Below are positions 32,948 to 42,291 of a stretch of DNA of 64,000 nt, piece by piece (within the stretch, counting starts at the first letter, position 1; each line of letters starts with the position of its first letter). Under the pieces are notes generated by a model, which worked only from the letters and a program-made list of their open reading frames with translations, was not told where the DNA came from and ran no database searches. Both the position numbers and the translations under genes were made by a program. Source of the DNA: an uncultured Actinomycetota bacterium (GTDB lineage: Bacteria > Actinomycetota > Actinomycetes > Actinomycetales > Dermatophilaceae); NCBI GenBank assembly GCA_963781115.1, contig CAWADV010000006.1:48864-112863 (forward strand). The letters are read 5' to 3'.

Positions 32948-33274
32948 TCAGCTGCCCCGGTAGGTGGAGTAGCCGAAGGGGTTGAGCAGGACCGGCACGT
33001 GGTAGTGCGCCCCGGGGTCGGCGATCGTGAAGGCGATCGCGATCTCGGGGTAGAAGGCGGTCGTCCCGGCCGCGGAGTAGTAGGCACCGGAGTCGAAGCG
33101 CAGCCGGTAGTCACCGCTCGCCATCGTGTCCGGGCCGATCTGGGAGACCCGGCCATCGGCGTCGGTGACCCCGCTGTCCAGGGCCTCGCCGGCCAGCGTC
33201 TCCAGCGTGATCGAGACGCCCTGCGCGGGGCGGCCGAGGCTGGTGTCCAGGACGTGCGTGGACAGCGTTCCCAT
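32948..33274 (-). CDS. uraH: 5-hydroxyisourate hydrolase
   Basis: LSTHVLDT, HYHVPVLL, C-terminal YRGS. Confidence 0.96.
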   Translation of the reverse strand: MGTLSTHVLDTSLGRPAQGVSITLETLAGEALDSGVTDADGRVSQIGPDTMASGDYRLRFDSGAYYSAAGTTAFYPEIAIAFTIADPGAHYHVPVLLNPFGYSTYRGS

Positions 33275-33801
33275 CAGAGCATCTCCTTCAGTCGCAGGAC
33301 GGCGATCTCCCGGAGCTGGGTGGTCGTCTCGGTGCGTTCGGTGGCGTCGTCGTTGTCGAGCCGGCGGCTCAGCTCGGCGAGGATCTCCGGTGCGGAGCGT
33401 CCGGCCGCGCGGATCAGGAAGACCCGGTCGAACCGCTGCTCGTAGGCCGCGTTGCCGGCCGCCAGGGCGGCGGCGACCTGGGTGTCCGCCGGGTCGACGC
33501 CGGCCTGCTCGCGCTCGGACAGCTCGCTCTGGTGCTCCGGGGAGCTGGCGCGCTCGCCGATCCGGGGATGTCCGGCGAGTGCGGCGGCGAGCTCGTCCTC
33601 GCTGAGCTCGGAGGCCGCGTCGGCTGCGGCAGCCAACGCGTCGTCGACGGTGGCGTAGGGCCGACCCGCGGCCACCTGGTCCGCCCATCGCGTGACGCCC
33701 AGGCAGGCCATCAGCAGCGCGTGTGCCTCCGGCAGGGGCAGCGCGTTGAACGCCGCGGGCACATCCCGTGACTCTGCGGCTGATGAGACGTCGTTGGTCA
33801 T
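33274..33801 (-). CDS. uraD: OHCU decarboxylase
   Basis: ALAGHPRIGE, SEREQAG, YEQRFDRVFLIRA, IAVLRL. Confidence 0.93.
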   Translation of the reverse strand: MTNDVSSAAESRDVPAAFNALPLPEAHALLMACLGVTRWADQVAAGRPYATVDDALAAAADAASELSEDELAAALAGHPRIGERASSPEHQSELSEREQAGVDPADTQVAAALAAGNAAYEQRFDRVFLIRAAGRSAPEILAELSRRLDNDDATERTETTTQLREIAVLRLKEML

Positions 33802-33818
33802 CGGTCGATCCTCCTGCA

Positions 33819-33854
33819 CTCCGAAAAGCGGAAAACAATTACCGTCTGATGGAA
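33819..33854. promoter_or_regulatory. paired putative IclR/AllR operator boxes
   Basis: ctccgaaaagcggaa (33819) and taccgtctgatggaa (33840), 21-bp spacing. Confidence 0.65.
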
Positions 33855-33896
33855 CTCTAGAACCAGCCCCGGCCAGGGTCAAGGTCTCTGCAGACG

Positions 33897-34860
33897 CTAG
33901 CGCTGCCGAGCCGCGACCGTCTCGCTGAGGCCCACCTCGAGGCTGCGCGGGCGCCAGCCCAGCTCCCGCTCGGCCTTGGCGCGGGTGCCGAGGTAGGAGG
34001 CGAGCGCGACCCGCAGCGTCTCGGGGTGCATCGTCTGGGGCATCGGCAGGACTCTGGCGGCCAGGCCCATCGCGGCCGCGGCCGCCCGGATCACCGGGTC
34101 GGGCACGGTCATCGGCCCCTTGGTGCCGGCGATCGCCGCCACCCGGCGCAGCACTCCCCCCAGAGTGTCGGCGTCGCCGGCCAGCATGTAGGCCTCACCC
34201 GGGACACCCCTGCTCCATCGCCAGGACGTGCCCGTGTGCGACATCGGCGACGTGGCTCCAGTCCAGCCGTCCCCCACCCCGCGGAGCGGCGGGACGGCCG
34301 CCGGCCACGACCTGCTCGATCAGACCGCCGGTCTGTGCGGTGTCGCCCGGGCCGTAGACGGCACCCGGCATGACGATGACGACCGGCAGCCCGGCAGCGG
34401 CGAAGCCCTCGGCGATGGCGTGGGCCTCGGCCTTGGTGGCGTCGTACGTCGACAGGTGGGGGCCGGTATGGCGGTAGGTCTCGTCGCGCACCTGCCCGCC
34501 GGTGTCGGAGTTGACGGCCAGCGTGCTGGTGTAGACGACCTTGGCCGTGCCGGCGCGCTGAGCGGCGGCGAGCGCGTTGCGCGTGCCGTCGACGTTGACC
34601 CGACGGCCGATGGAGGTGTCGCTCTCGCCGACGCGGTACCACCCGGCCACGTGGAACAGCCCGTCAGCGCCTTCGAGCAGCCGGTCGAGGGCGGCCGCGT
34701 CGTCGAGGTCGCCGGTGACCAGCTCGACGCCCAGATCGGCGAGGTCGGTGGCCTTGGCCGGGTTGCGGACCAGGGCCTTGACCTCGTGGCCGGCGGCACA
34801 GAGCTGTCGGGCGAGCTCGCCGCCGATGAAACCGGTCGCCCCGGTGAGTGAGTAGCGCAT
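33897..34860 (-). CDS. NAD-dependent epimerase/dehydratase (frameshift ~34200)
   Basis: LTGATGFIG, YDATK, VYGPGD. Confidence 0.88.
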
Positions 34861-34881
34861 GCCGCCATCATCCTCACCACC

Positions 34882-35025
34882 CCCCACCGGACGCGCCAGC
34901 CAGCGACAAAACACCCCACCGGACGCGCCAGCCAGCGACAAACCACCCCACCGGACGCGCCAGCCAGCGACAAACCACCCCACCGGACGCGCCAGCCAGC
35001 GACAAACCACCCCACCGGACGCGCC
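34882..35025. repeat. 32-bp tandem repeat, ~4.5 copies
   Basis: unit ccccaccggacgcgccagccagcgacaaacca at 34882, 34914, 34946, 34978 and partial 35010. Confidence 0.92.
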
Positions 35026-35034
35026 GGCCGGCGG

Positions 35035-35421
35035 TCAGGAGGCCGACCGGACCAGCCGCCGCAACGCATCCCGGGCCACCGGCGCATACACGCCGACGAT
35101 GACGGCCGGCCCATGCAGCTCAGCCCACGCCACGGATCCGCCCCCGGCGGCCGCGGTCACGCCATGGTCCAGCCGCAGTGCGACCGGGCCGGCCCGCACG
35201 CGCCACGACCACAGCCGGGCCACCTCGTCCACCGACTCCACGACGAAGTGGACACGCAGGCCGAGCGGTCCGTGCACCACACCCTCAGCGCCCGCCGTGA
35301 CCCGTTCGCCGGCGAAGTCCACCGACTGGATCAGCGGGGCCCACCCGGACCAGCGCGACGGCACGACATACCGCTCCCAGACCTGAGCCGGGTCAGCCGG
35401 TCCGCTGGCGTGGACGCGCAC
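35035..35421 (-). CDS. SRPBCC family protein
   Basis: VWERY..PSRWSGWAP, WSWRV. Confidence 0.7.
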   Translation of the reverse strand: MRVHASGPADPAQVWERYVVPSRWSGWAPLIQSVDFAGERVTAGAEGVVHGPLGLRVHFVVESVDEVARLWSWRVRAGPVALRLDHGVTAAAGGGSVAWAELHGPAVIVGVYAPVARDALRRLVRSAS

Positions 35422-35430
35422 GCGGCGACC

Positions 35431-35988
35431 TCAGCGCAGCACGTCGTAGGCCAGCAGGACGACACCGGAGTCGAACCGGCGCTCCTCGCGCAGAGCCAGC
35501 CCCCCGGCATACCCGAGGGGCAGCAGCGGCGTGCCGCCACCGGTGACGTAGGGCACGACGTAGGCCTCCACCCGGTCGACCAGCCCGGCGCGGAGCGCCT
35601 GACCCGCCAGGTCAGGTCCGGCGATGGTGACCTGGGCCGGGCTCGCGGCGACGAGCTCGCGCAGCCGCTCGAGGTCGAGGTCACTCCACAGCTCGGTCCG
35701 CGGCAGCCCGCCGACATCGGTGAGGCTGCGCGACACGACGACCTTGTCGGCGTCCTGCCAGAGGGACGCGTAGTCGCGGTGGACCGGGTTGGGCAGCTCG
35801 GGCGGGTCCTGCCAGAAACGCATCGTCTCCCACATCCGCCGCCCGTAGACGTAGGTGCCGGTCGGCCGCTCACGGTCGTTGATGAACGCGTGCAGGTCGT
35901 CGTCGGGCTCGGCGAAGTCGAAGCTCCCGTCCGGGCGGGTGACGTAGCCGTCCAGGGAGGTGATCATGCCGTAGGTGAGGGTGCCCAT
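35431..35988 (-). CDS. dihydrofolate reductase / RibD C-terminal family protein
   Basis: ITSLDGY, YGRRMWE, KVVVSRSL, VPYVTGGG. Confidence 0.88.
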   Translation of the reverse strand: MGTLTYGMITSLDGYVTRPDGSFDFAEPDDDLHAFINDRERPTGTYVYGRRMWETMRFWQDPPELPNPVHRDYASLWQDADKVVVSRSLTDVGGLPRTELWSDLDLERLRELVAASPAQVTIAGPDLAGQALRAGLVDRVEAYVVPYVTGGGTPLLPLGYAGGLALREERRFDSGVVLLAYDVLR

Positions 35989-36024
35989 CGCCTCAGCCAA
36001 CCACCTCCCCGCGGTCGGGCGTGG

Positions 36025-37752
36025 TCAGCAGACCACCCAGTCGCAGCCGATCGACGTGGCGTTGCGGACGTCACGGTAGGTCGGCCCGGTGCCCCACATG
36101 TGGTCGTTGCCGGTGCCGCCGAACGCATCACCGATCGACATCGAGCTGGCCCAGATCGTCGGACCGTTGGGCGGGTCCCACCCGTTCGGCGAGTTCTGGA
36201 TCTCCTGGGCGGCGCGGAACCACGCGTCCCGGATCGACATCCCGTCCCGGCAGTAGCGGACCAGGCGCCGACCCTCCTCGGTGTTGTCGCTGGTCACCGA
36301 GCCATAGCCGAGCATGAGGTGCAGCCCGTCGAAGGCTCCGTCCCAGCGTCCGAGGACGTCGCCGCCGCCGGCACTGATGATGTCGTCCTGGTGCGGGCCG
36401 CAGGCCGCGATGACGACCCATTCCAGGTTGTTGCGGCCCCACAGGTCCGACATCTCGCTGGGGGTGTTGCCCACCTGGGAGAAGTTGATGTCGGTGATCC
36501 CACCGGCGCCGTCGGACAGGACCCAGGTGTTCATGTCGGCGTGGCCGGTGTAGAAGACGAAGTCGACGTTGTCGACCCAGTTGTCGTCGTCCTCGCGCCA
36601 GTCGGACACCCACGCGTCGCCGTTGCCCCAGTTGAACGGCGTCTGCCAGCCCAGGCCGGCCAGCTCGTCGATGAAGCCCTGGGCGTTGCCGGCACTGCCG
36701 TGGAGGTTGGACCAGTCGTAGACACCGATCCAGGACGCGCCGCCGGACCGCGGGCGGCGGGCCTCCAGCAGGGTGCGCAGCAGCTCGGGGTCCCACTTGG
36801 GGAACGGCTGCAGGATCAGCTCCTGCAGGTCCAGCTGCTCGGGCTTGAGCTTGTTGAGGTCCAGCGCCAGCCCCGGTGGGACCTGGAGCCCCTGGGCAAA
36901 CCACCGCCGGTCGAACGGCAGCGGCTTGAGCTGCAGCTTCTCGGCCCGCGGGGTCGTCTCCGGCTGGCGCCAGTCCAGGCTGCCCATGTCGGTGGCCGGC
37001 ACGTAGGTCGTGCGCATCGGCAGCACGCGGTCGTCGAGGCGGACCTCGGCGCGCACGGCATACACCGGGAAGAGCAGGTCCTGCCCGGTGAAGGCGGGCG
37101 AGCAGTAGTAGCCCAGGCTCGCGCCGGTCACGGTGACCCGGTCGCCCGAGCTCTTCTGCACCTCGCGCATCACGTCGGCGGCATCGCGCACCTCGCGCTC
37201 GTCGACCAGGTAGGGCTCGCGCCAGGTGCCGAGCGCCCCGACGATCTGCCCGGCCTCGCCGATGGTCGCGCGGAACCGGCCGCCACCGCCGAACATCGGC
37301 AGGCGCGATCCCTCGATGTCGTCGCGGTCCGACACGTCGAGCTCGACGTCGCGGGAGTATGTCGCGGTGGTGGTGAAGTCCTCGCGCTCGCCGTCGCCCT
37401 CGCGGCGGCAGCGGCGGTTGAGCTCCAGGCCGGCGTCGCCGAGGCGGAACTGCCCGCTCAGCTCGGGCAGCAGCCGGCTGCGTCGCAGCGCGTCGAGGCC
37501 GATCTGCCGCAGCGCCCGACGGTTCGGCAGCTCGACCGGCTCGAACGGGTGCAGCCGCGTCGGGTCACCGGCCCAGATGCCGCCTCGCCCGCTGTCGAAG
37601 TCGAGGTGCAGCTCCGGGCCGCGCATGTCGACCTGCGGGCCGCGGGACTCGACGTTGACGTCGCGGCGTCCGAACAGCTCCTTGGCGACCATCTCGGGCT
37701 CGGCGCGCTCCTGCACCGTGGGGTCGACCTGGTAGACGGGCAGTGTGGGCAT
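36025..37752 (-). CDS. DUF6345-like protein with caspase/gingipain-like His-Cys motifs
   Basis: GGAGG RBS; C-terminal DNVDFVFYTGHA, LEWVVIAACGP, FDGLHLMLGY, AWFRAA. Confidence 0.7.
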   Translation of the reverse strand: MPTLPVYQVDPTVQERAEPEMVAKELFGRRDVNVESRGPQVDMRGPELHLDFDSGRGGIWAGDPTRLHPFEPVELPNRRALRQIGLDALRRSRLLPELSGQFRLGDAGLELNRRCRREGDGEREDFTTTATYSRDVELDVSDRDDIEGSRLPMFGGGGRFRATIGEAGQIVGALGTWREPYLVDEREVRDAADVMREVQKSSGDRVTVTGASLGYYCSPAFTGQDLLFPVYAVRAEVRLDDRVLPMRTTYVPATDMGSLDWRQPETTPRAEKLQLKPLPFDRRWFAQGLQVPPGLALDLNKLKPEQLDLQELILQPFPKWDPELLRTLLEARRPRSGGASWIGVYDWSNLHGSAGNAQGFIDELAGLGWQTPFNWGNGDAWVSDWREDDDNWVDNVDFVFYTGHADMNTWVLSDGAGGITDINFSQVGNTPSEMSDLWGRNNLEWVVIAACGPHQDDIISAGGGDVLGRWDGAFDGLHLMLGYGSVTSDNTEEGRRLVRYCRDGMSIRDAWFRAAQEIQNSPNGWDPPNGPTIWASSMSIGDAFGGTGNDHMWGTGPTYRDVRNATSIGCDWVVC

Positions 37753-37879
37753 GGGGGCTCCTCCAGTCACGGGTCATGGCAGCCCGCCGCCGGGCGGCCT
37801 CGCCATGAGGAGCGTTCGGGCGGGGCCGCTGATACGTCGACGCCCGCACCCAGCCAACGCGATCGCTCGTTCCGCCGGG

Positions 37880-37925
37880 AAGGCTACGACTTTTGGCCCC
37901 CAGAGGGGCCACAACACGAAGCCTT
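37880..37925. promoter_or_regulatory. imperfect inverted repeat in divergent intergenic region
   Basis: aaggctacgacttttggcccc...ggggccacaacacgaagcctt. Confidence 0.4.
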
Positions 37926-37990
37926 GATGCACCCGTGCAGGATGGCGCGATGCCGCCGCCCCGCACCCCGCCCCGTCCCTGCATCCCACC

Positions 37991-38863
37991 TTGGCTCGTC
38001 TGGACGACCTCGCCCAGGAGTTGTCGCGCGACGCCGATGTGCTCGCCGTCCTCGGCCTGGGCTCCGCCGGCATCGAGACCGACCGTTTCGACGAGCACTC
38101 CGACATCGACTTCTTCGTCGTGGTCGGCGGGTCGGAGGCCAAGGCGCGCTACCTGGACGACATCGGCTGGCTCGGGGGCTTCGGCGGCGAGGTGTCCTAC
38201 AGCTTCGTCAACGACCTGAACGGCCGCAAGGCGCTCTTCGCGGACGGCCTGTTCGTGGAGTACGGGGTCTTCACCGCCGAGGAGCTGGCCGCGATCCGAC
38301 TCGCCGGTGTTCGGACGGTATGGCGGCGGGACGGCGTCATACCGGCGGACCAGCACCTCCCGCCGGCCCCGCGTTCGGCCCTCGACACGGTGGACTTCCA
38401 CCTCAACGAGGCGCTGACCAACCTGTTCGTCGGGCTGCACCGGCAGCTGCGCGGTGAGCTCCTCACCGCGATGCGCTTCATCCAGGTCTTCGCGGTCGAC
38501 CGCGTGCTGGCCCTGAGCCGGCTCGCGCAGCAGGAGCACCTGGCACAGCCCGACCCGTTCGACGCCACGCGGCGGGTGGAGCAGTCGGGCCAACCTGACC
38601 CGCTGCCGCTGGAGTCAATGGTCGCCGGGTACTCCCGCAACCTGGAGGCCGCGCAGGCAGTGCTGAGCTGGCTGACTCGTCACTACACCCCTGAAGTCGT
38701 CATCGTGGGCGCGATCGAGGAACTGCTCGAGCAGGTGTCGACCAGGAGCCAACACGGACCAGCACCCATGAGGGACACAGAAGAAGGAGAAAACCCCCGG
38801 ACCGAGGGTCCGGGGGCTTCCGATGTCCGCAGACGGGACATGAGTGCGCGAGGGGGGAGTTGA
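37991..38863 (+). CDS. Pol-beta-type nucleotidyltransferase (lincosamide/aminoglycoside NTase-like); 3' end uncertain
   Basis: LGLGS...DEHSDIDF motif plus helical C-domain; the ORF tail overlaps the tRNA antisense. Confidence 0.7.
   Translation: MARLDDLAQELSRDADVLAVLGLGSAGIETDRFDEHSDIDFFVVVGGSEAKARYLDDIGWLGGFGGEVSYSFVNDLNGRKALFADGLFVEYGVFTAEELAAIRLAGVRTVWRRDGVIPADQHLPPAPRSALDTVDFHLNEALTNLFVGLHRQLRGELLTAMRFIQVFAVDRVLALSRLAQQEHLAQPDPFDATRRVEQSGQPDPLPLESMVAGYSRNLEAAQAVLSWLTRHYTPEVVIVGAIEELLEQVSTRSQHGPAPMRDTEEGENPRTEGPGASDVRRRDMSARGGS
38794..38816 (-). terminator. intrinsic terminator downstream of tRNA-Leu
   Basis: cccccggacc-gag-ggtccggggg followed by a T-rich tract on the minus strand. Confidence 0.7.
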
Positions 38864-38928
38864 ACCCCCACGTCCTTTCGGACACACGGACCTGAACCGT
38901 GCGCGTCTGCCTATTCCGCCACTCGCGC
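38845..38928 (-). tRNA. tRNA-Leu(CAG)
   Basis: GCGCGAGTGGCGGAATAGGCAGACGCGCACGGTTCAGGTCCGTG...GGTTCAACTCCCCCCTCGCGCA; long variable arm; divergent from fhaA. Confidence 0.97.
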
Positions 38929-39148
38929 GAGTGCCGGGCAAGGCTAGCACGGCCCCGCCGCAGGTCAGGAACCCGCAGGCCAGCCCAGGGGACGCATCAC
39001 CACCACCGCCCGACGAACCTCCCCGGCCCTCCCACCTGCACCAAGTACCATCAAAGCGCGGTCAGCCGGCGCTCTGAACCGGCGCCCGCGGGAAGTCCGG
39101 CGGGCCGTTCACTCGTCGTCCCGGCACCAGCAGAGAGGAGGCAGCGAC

Positions 39149-40348
39149 GTGGGAGTGTTCGACAAGTTCGAGCGCGGCCTGGAGCGCGCCGTCAAGGCGC
39201 CGTTCGCCAAGGTCTTCAAAGCCGAGGTGCAGCCGGTCGAGATCGCCAGCGCCGTCCGCGGCGCGATGGACGAGCGCGCCGCCGTGCTCGGCCCCGGCCG
39301 CACCATGGTGCCCAACGTCTACACGATCGAGCTCGCGAGCACCGACTTCGAGCGGCTGGCCTCCTTCGACACCGCACTGACCGACGAGCTCGTCGCTGCC
39401 GCCGAGGACCACGCCGACGCCCAGCGCTACACCCCGGCCGGCATCGTCGAGGTGCGGCTGACCAGCGACGAGGAGCTGGAGACCGGCATCTTCCGGGTCC
39501 GCCCGGCCAGCCGTGGCCGAGGCAAGTCCAGCGCGCAGAACCCCGCAGCACCCTCGGGTATGGCGCCCGCTCGCCCCGAGCGGCCCGCTCCCCACCCGAG
39601 CCGTGCGGCCGACCCGGCAGCGGACTACGACCCGGAGGAGTTCCGCCCCCTCCCGGCAGCCGAGCGGCCGGCATCCCAGCGGCCCGCACCCCAGCGGCTG
39701 TCGCCCCAGCGCCAGGAGCAGCAGCGCCCCGACGGTCCGCCCATCCGCCCCGCCACGATCAACAGCGGTCGCGCCCCGGCCGGCCTCGGCGGCGCCGGAG
39801 CCATCGCCGCAGCAGCGCAGCGCGCGGGCGCGCCCGTCGGCCCCGGCACTCCCCTGCACGCAGAGCCTGAGCAGCCCCCCGGTCACGACGCCCACCACGA
39901 CGCCCCAGCCGCGCCGCCCCACCAGGCGCCGCCCCAGCAGGCGCCGCCCCAGCAGGCGCCGGCCACACCGCATACCGACGGCCCCAGCACCCGCGAGCTC
40001 CCGGCGGCCAACACCGACCGGCGCTCGACCGGCAACCCCGGCGTCCGTGGGCCGCGCCCGTTCCTGGAGATCGACGGCGCCGAGGTGCCGCTGGTCAAGG
40101 CGGTCACCACCGTGGGCCGCGACCAGAGCGCCGACATCACCCTGGACGACCCCGGCGCCTCCCGCCGGCACGCCGAGCTGCGGATCAGCCACGACGGGCC
40201 GCACCTGCAGGTCGTGGTCCGCGACCTCGGCTCGACCAACGGCACCTACCTCAACGGCGACCAGGTCGGCACCGAGCAGCTGCAGGAGGGCGACCGGCTG
40301 ACCATGGGGCGCACCACGATGACGTTCCACCTGGAGGGCGGCCGGTGA
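39149..40348 (+). CDS. fhaA: FhaA (DUF3662 + FHA domain)
   Basis: FERGLER..FKAEVQPVEIA; C-terminal GR, SRRHA, DLGSTNGT. Confidence 0.93.
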   Translation: MGVFDKFERGLERAVKAPFAKVFKAEVQPVEIASAVRGAMDERAAVLGPGRTMVPNVYTIELASTDFERLASFDTALTDELVAAAEDHADAQRYTPAGIVEVRLTSDEELETGIFRVRPASRGRGKSSAQNPAAPSGMAPARPERPAPHPSRAADPAADYDPEEFRPLPAAERPASQRPAPQRLSPQRQEQQRPDGPPIRPATINSGRAPAGLGGAGAIAAAAQRAGAPVGPGTPLHAEPEQPPGHDAHHDAPAAPPHQAPPQQAPPQQAPATPHTDGPSTRELPAANTDRRSTGNPGVRGPRPFLEIDGAEVPLVKAVTTVGRDQSADITLDDPGASRRHAELRISHDGPHLQVVVRDLGSTNGTYLNGDQVGTEQLQEGDRLTMGRTTMTFHLEGGR

Positions 40349-40830
40349 GCGAGCTCACCGTCACGATCATCCGGATCGGGCTGCTCGCGCTGCTCTGGGC
40401 GTTCGTGTTCAGCGTCGTCGGCGCGCTGCGCGGCGACCTCTACGGCACCCGCGTCCTGTCCCGTGGCTCCGCCGCCGGAGCCCCCCAGCGCCGCGACCGC
40501 CCGACCGGCCGCGCCGCCGCCCGTCAGGTGCGCCGCGGCCCGACCCACCTGGTGGTCACCGAGGGCTCGTTGCGGGGCACCGCCGTCCCGCTCTCCGAGG
40601 GTGGCCTGCTGATCGGCCGCAACCCCGAGTGCTCCCTGGTGCTCGACGACGACTTCGCCAGCGGCCGGCACCTGCGGCTCTACCCCGGCCCCGACGGCAC
40701 CTGGGTGGCCGACGACCTCGGCTCCACCAACGGCACCTACGTCAACAACCAGCGGATCGGCTCCGGCGCCCGGCTCGAGCCTGGCGCCCAGATCAGGATC
40801 GGCAAGACCGTCCTGGAGCTGCAGCGATAG
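40345..40830 (+). CDS. fhaB: FHA domain membrane protein FhaB/FipA
   Basis: N-terminal TM; IGRNP, ASGRH, DLGSTNGT. Confidence 0.9.
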   Translation: MSELTVTIIRIGLLALLWAFVFSVVGALRGDLYGTRVLSRGSAAGAPQRRDRPTGRAAARQVRRGPTHLVVTEGSLRGTAVPLSEGGLLIGRNPECSLVLDDDFASGRHLRLYPGPDGTWVADDLGSTNGTYVNNQRIGSGARLEPGAQIRIGKTVLELQR

Positions 40831-40836
40831 GCGCCG

Positions 40837-42272
40837 ATGGTCTCCCTCCGCTATGCCGCGAGGTCCCACACGGGGCTGGGCACCAAGTCGCGCAACGAGG
40901 ACTCCGCCTATGCCGGGCCCGAGCTGCTCGTGCTCTGCGACGGCATGGGCGGCCACGCGGCCGGTGACGTCGCCAGCAGCCTGGTCGTCGGCGAGCTGGT
41001 CCACCTGGACGGTGAGTCGCACGGCGCCGACGACATGCTCGACATCCTCGAGTCGGCGGTCGTCGCGGCCAACGAGCACCTGGCCGACGTCGCCGGGCAG
41101 ACCGAGGCGCTCGAAGGGATGGGCACCACCTGCATCGCGATGCTCCGCTCCGGCACCAAGCTCGCGGTGGCCAACATCGGCGACTCCCGTGCCTACCTGC
41201 GCCGGGGCCAGCGGGTCACCCAGATCACCAAGGACCACAGCTTCGTCCAGAAGCTGCTCGACGAGGGCCGGATCTCCCCCGACGAGGCGCTGCACCACCC
41301 GCAACGCGCGCTGGTCACCCGGGTCCTCACCGGCCGCCCCGAGGACCACCCCGACCTGTCGGTGCGCGAGCTGCGCAGCGGCGACCGGCTGCTGCTCTGC
41401 TCCGACGGCCTGACCGACTACGTCGCCGAGGACACCGTCGCCGAGCTGCTCCGCGACCCCGGCAACCCCAGCCAGATCGCCGACCAGCTGGTCGCCATCG
41501 CGCTGCGCGCCTCCACCCGCGACAACATCACCGTGATCGTCGCCGACGTCGTGCCCGCCGGCGACGGCGCGACCAAGCCGCAGATCGTCGGGGCCGCCGG
41601 TCGCCGCCGGCCCGGTGAGTCCGTCGCCCCGATGACCCCGGCCGAGAAGGCCGCTGCCCTGGCCCGCGAGGTGCACGGCGACGGCGTCGACGCCGGTCCC
41701 GAGCTGGCCGAGGAGGGCAGCTCGACGATGGCCACCTGGCTGCGGCGTATGGCGGTCGCGCTGGCGATCGTGCTCGTCACCGCGGGCGGGGCCTGGGCCA
41801 CCTACGACTGGTCGCAGCGCCAGTACTTCGTCGGCGAGCAGGACGGCCTGGTGACCATCTTCCGCGGGGTCTCCCAGGACCTCGGCCCACTGACCCTGTC
41901 CCGCTCCGAGCAGCAGACCGACCTGCAGGTCCTCAGCCTGCCGGAGTTCTACCAGGAACGCGTCCGCGGCACCCTGACCGCCGACGACCGCCCTGGTGCC
42001 GACGCGATCGTCGCCGAGCTGCGCGGCCTGTCGCTGCCCCCGTGCGCCGACCTGGCCGACGACCTCGACGCACCGCCACCAGCAGCCCCAGCGACACCGC
42101 GACCGTCACGGGGGCTCCCTCCGACGACGCCAGCGCGACGACGACCCCGCCCACCAGCACCGGCGACGTCACCGACCAGACCAGCGCGACCGCCATACCG
42201 GACGACCAGGCGACGACCAGCGCCCCGGCCCAGCCCGACCCGCCGGTCCCCGGCGTGGACTGCCTGCCGTGA
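40837..42272 (+). CDS. pstP: PP2C Ser/Thr phosphatase (a frameshift ~42100 artificially fuses it to rodA)
   Basis: RNEDS, DGMGGHAAG, NIGDSRAY, LCSDGL, DNIT, TM. Confidence 0.92.
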
Positions 42273-42291
42273 CCGGCCCGGTGATCCCCCG

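Noticed and set aside
34882-35025. CRISPR array
   Set aside because: The repeats are contiguous with no unique spacers, and there are no cas genes in the window.
35113-38457. 1114-aa plus-strand ORF and other long antisense ORFs (e.g. 3928..5526, 29319..30896)
   Set aside because: These are shadow ORFs typical of high-GC DNA, lying opposite genes with clear motifs.
35035-38845. Integrative element at the tRNA-Leu 3' end
   Set aside because: No integrase and no duplicated tRNA 3' end (att site) seen in the window.
38760-38863. CDS genuinely overlapping tRNA-Leu antisense
   Set aside because: The tail runs through the tRNA terminator hairpin and looks like read-through from a lost or mis-sequenced stop.
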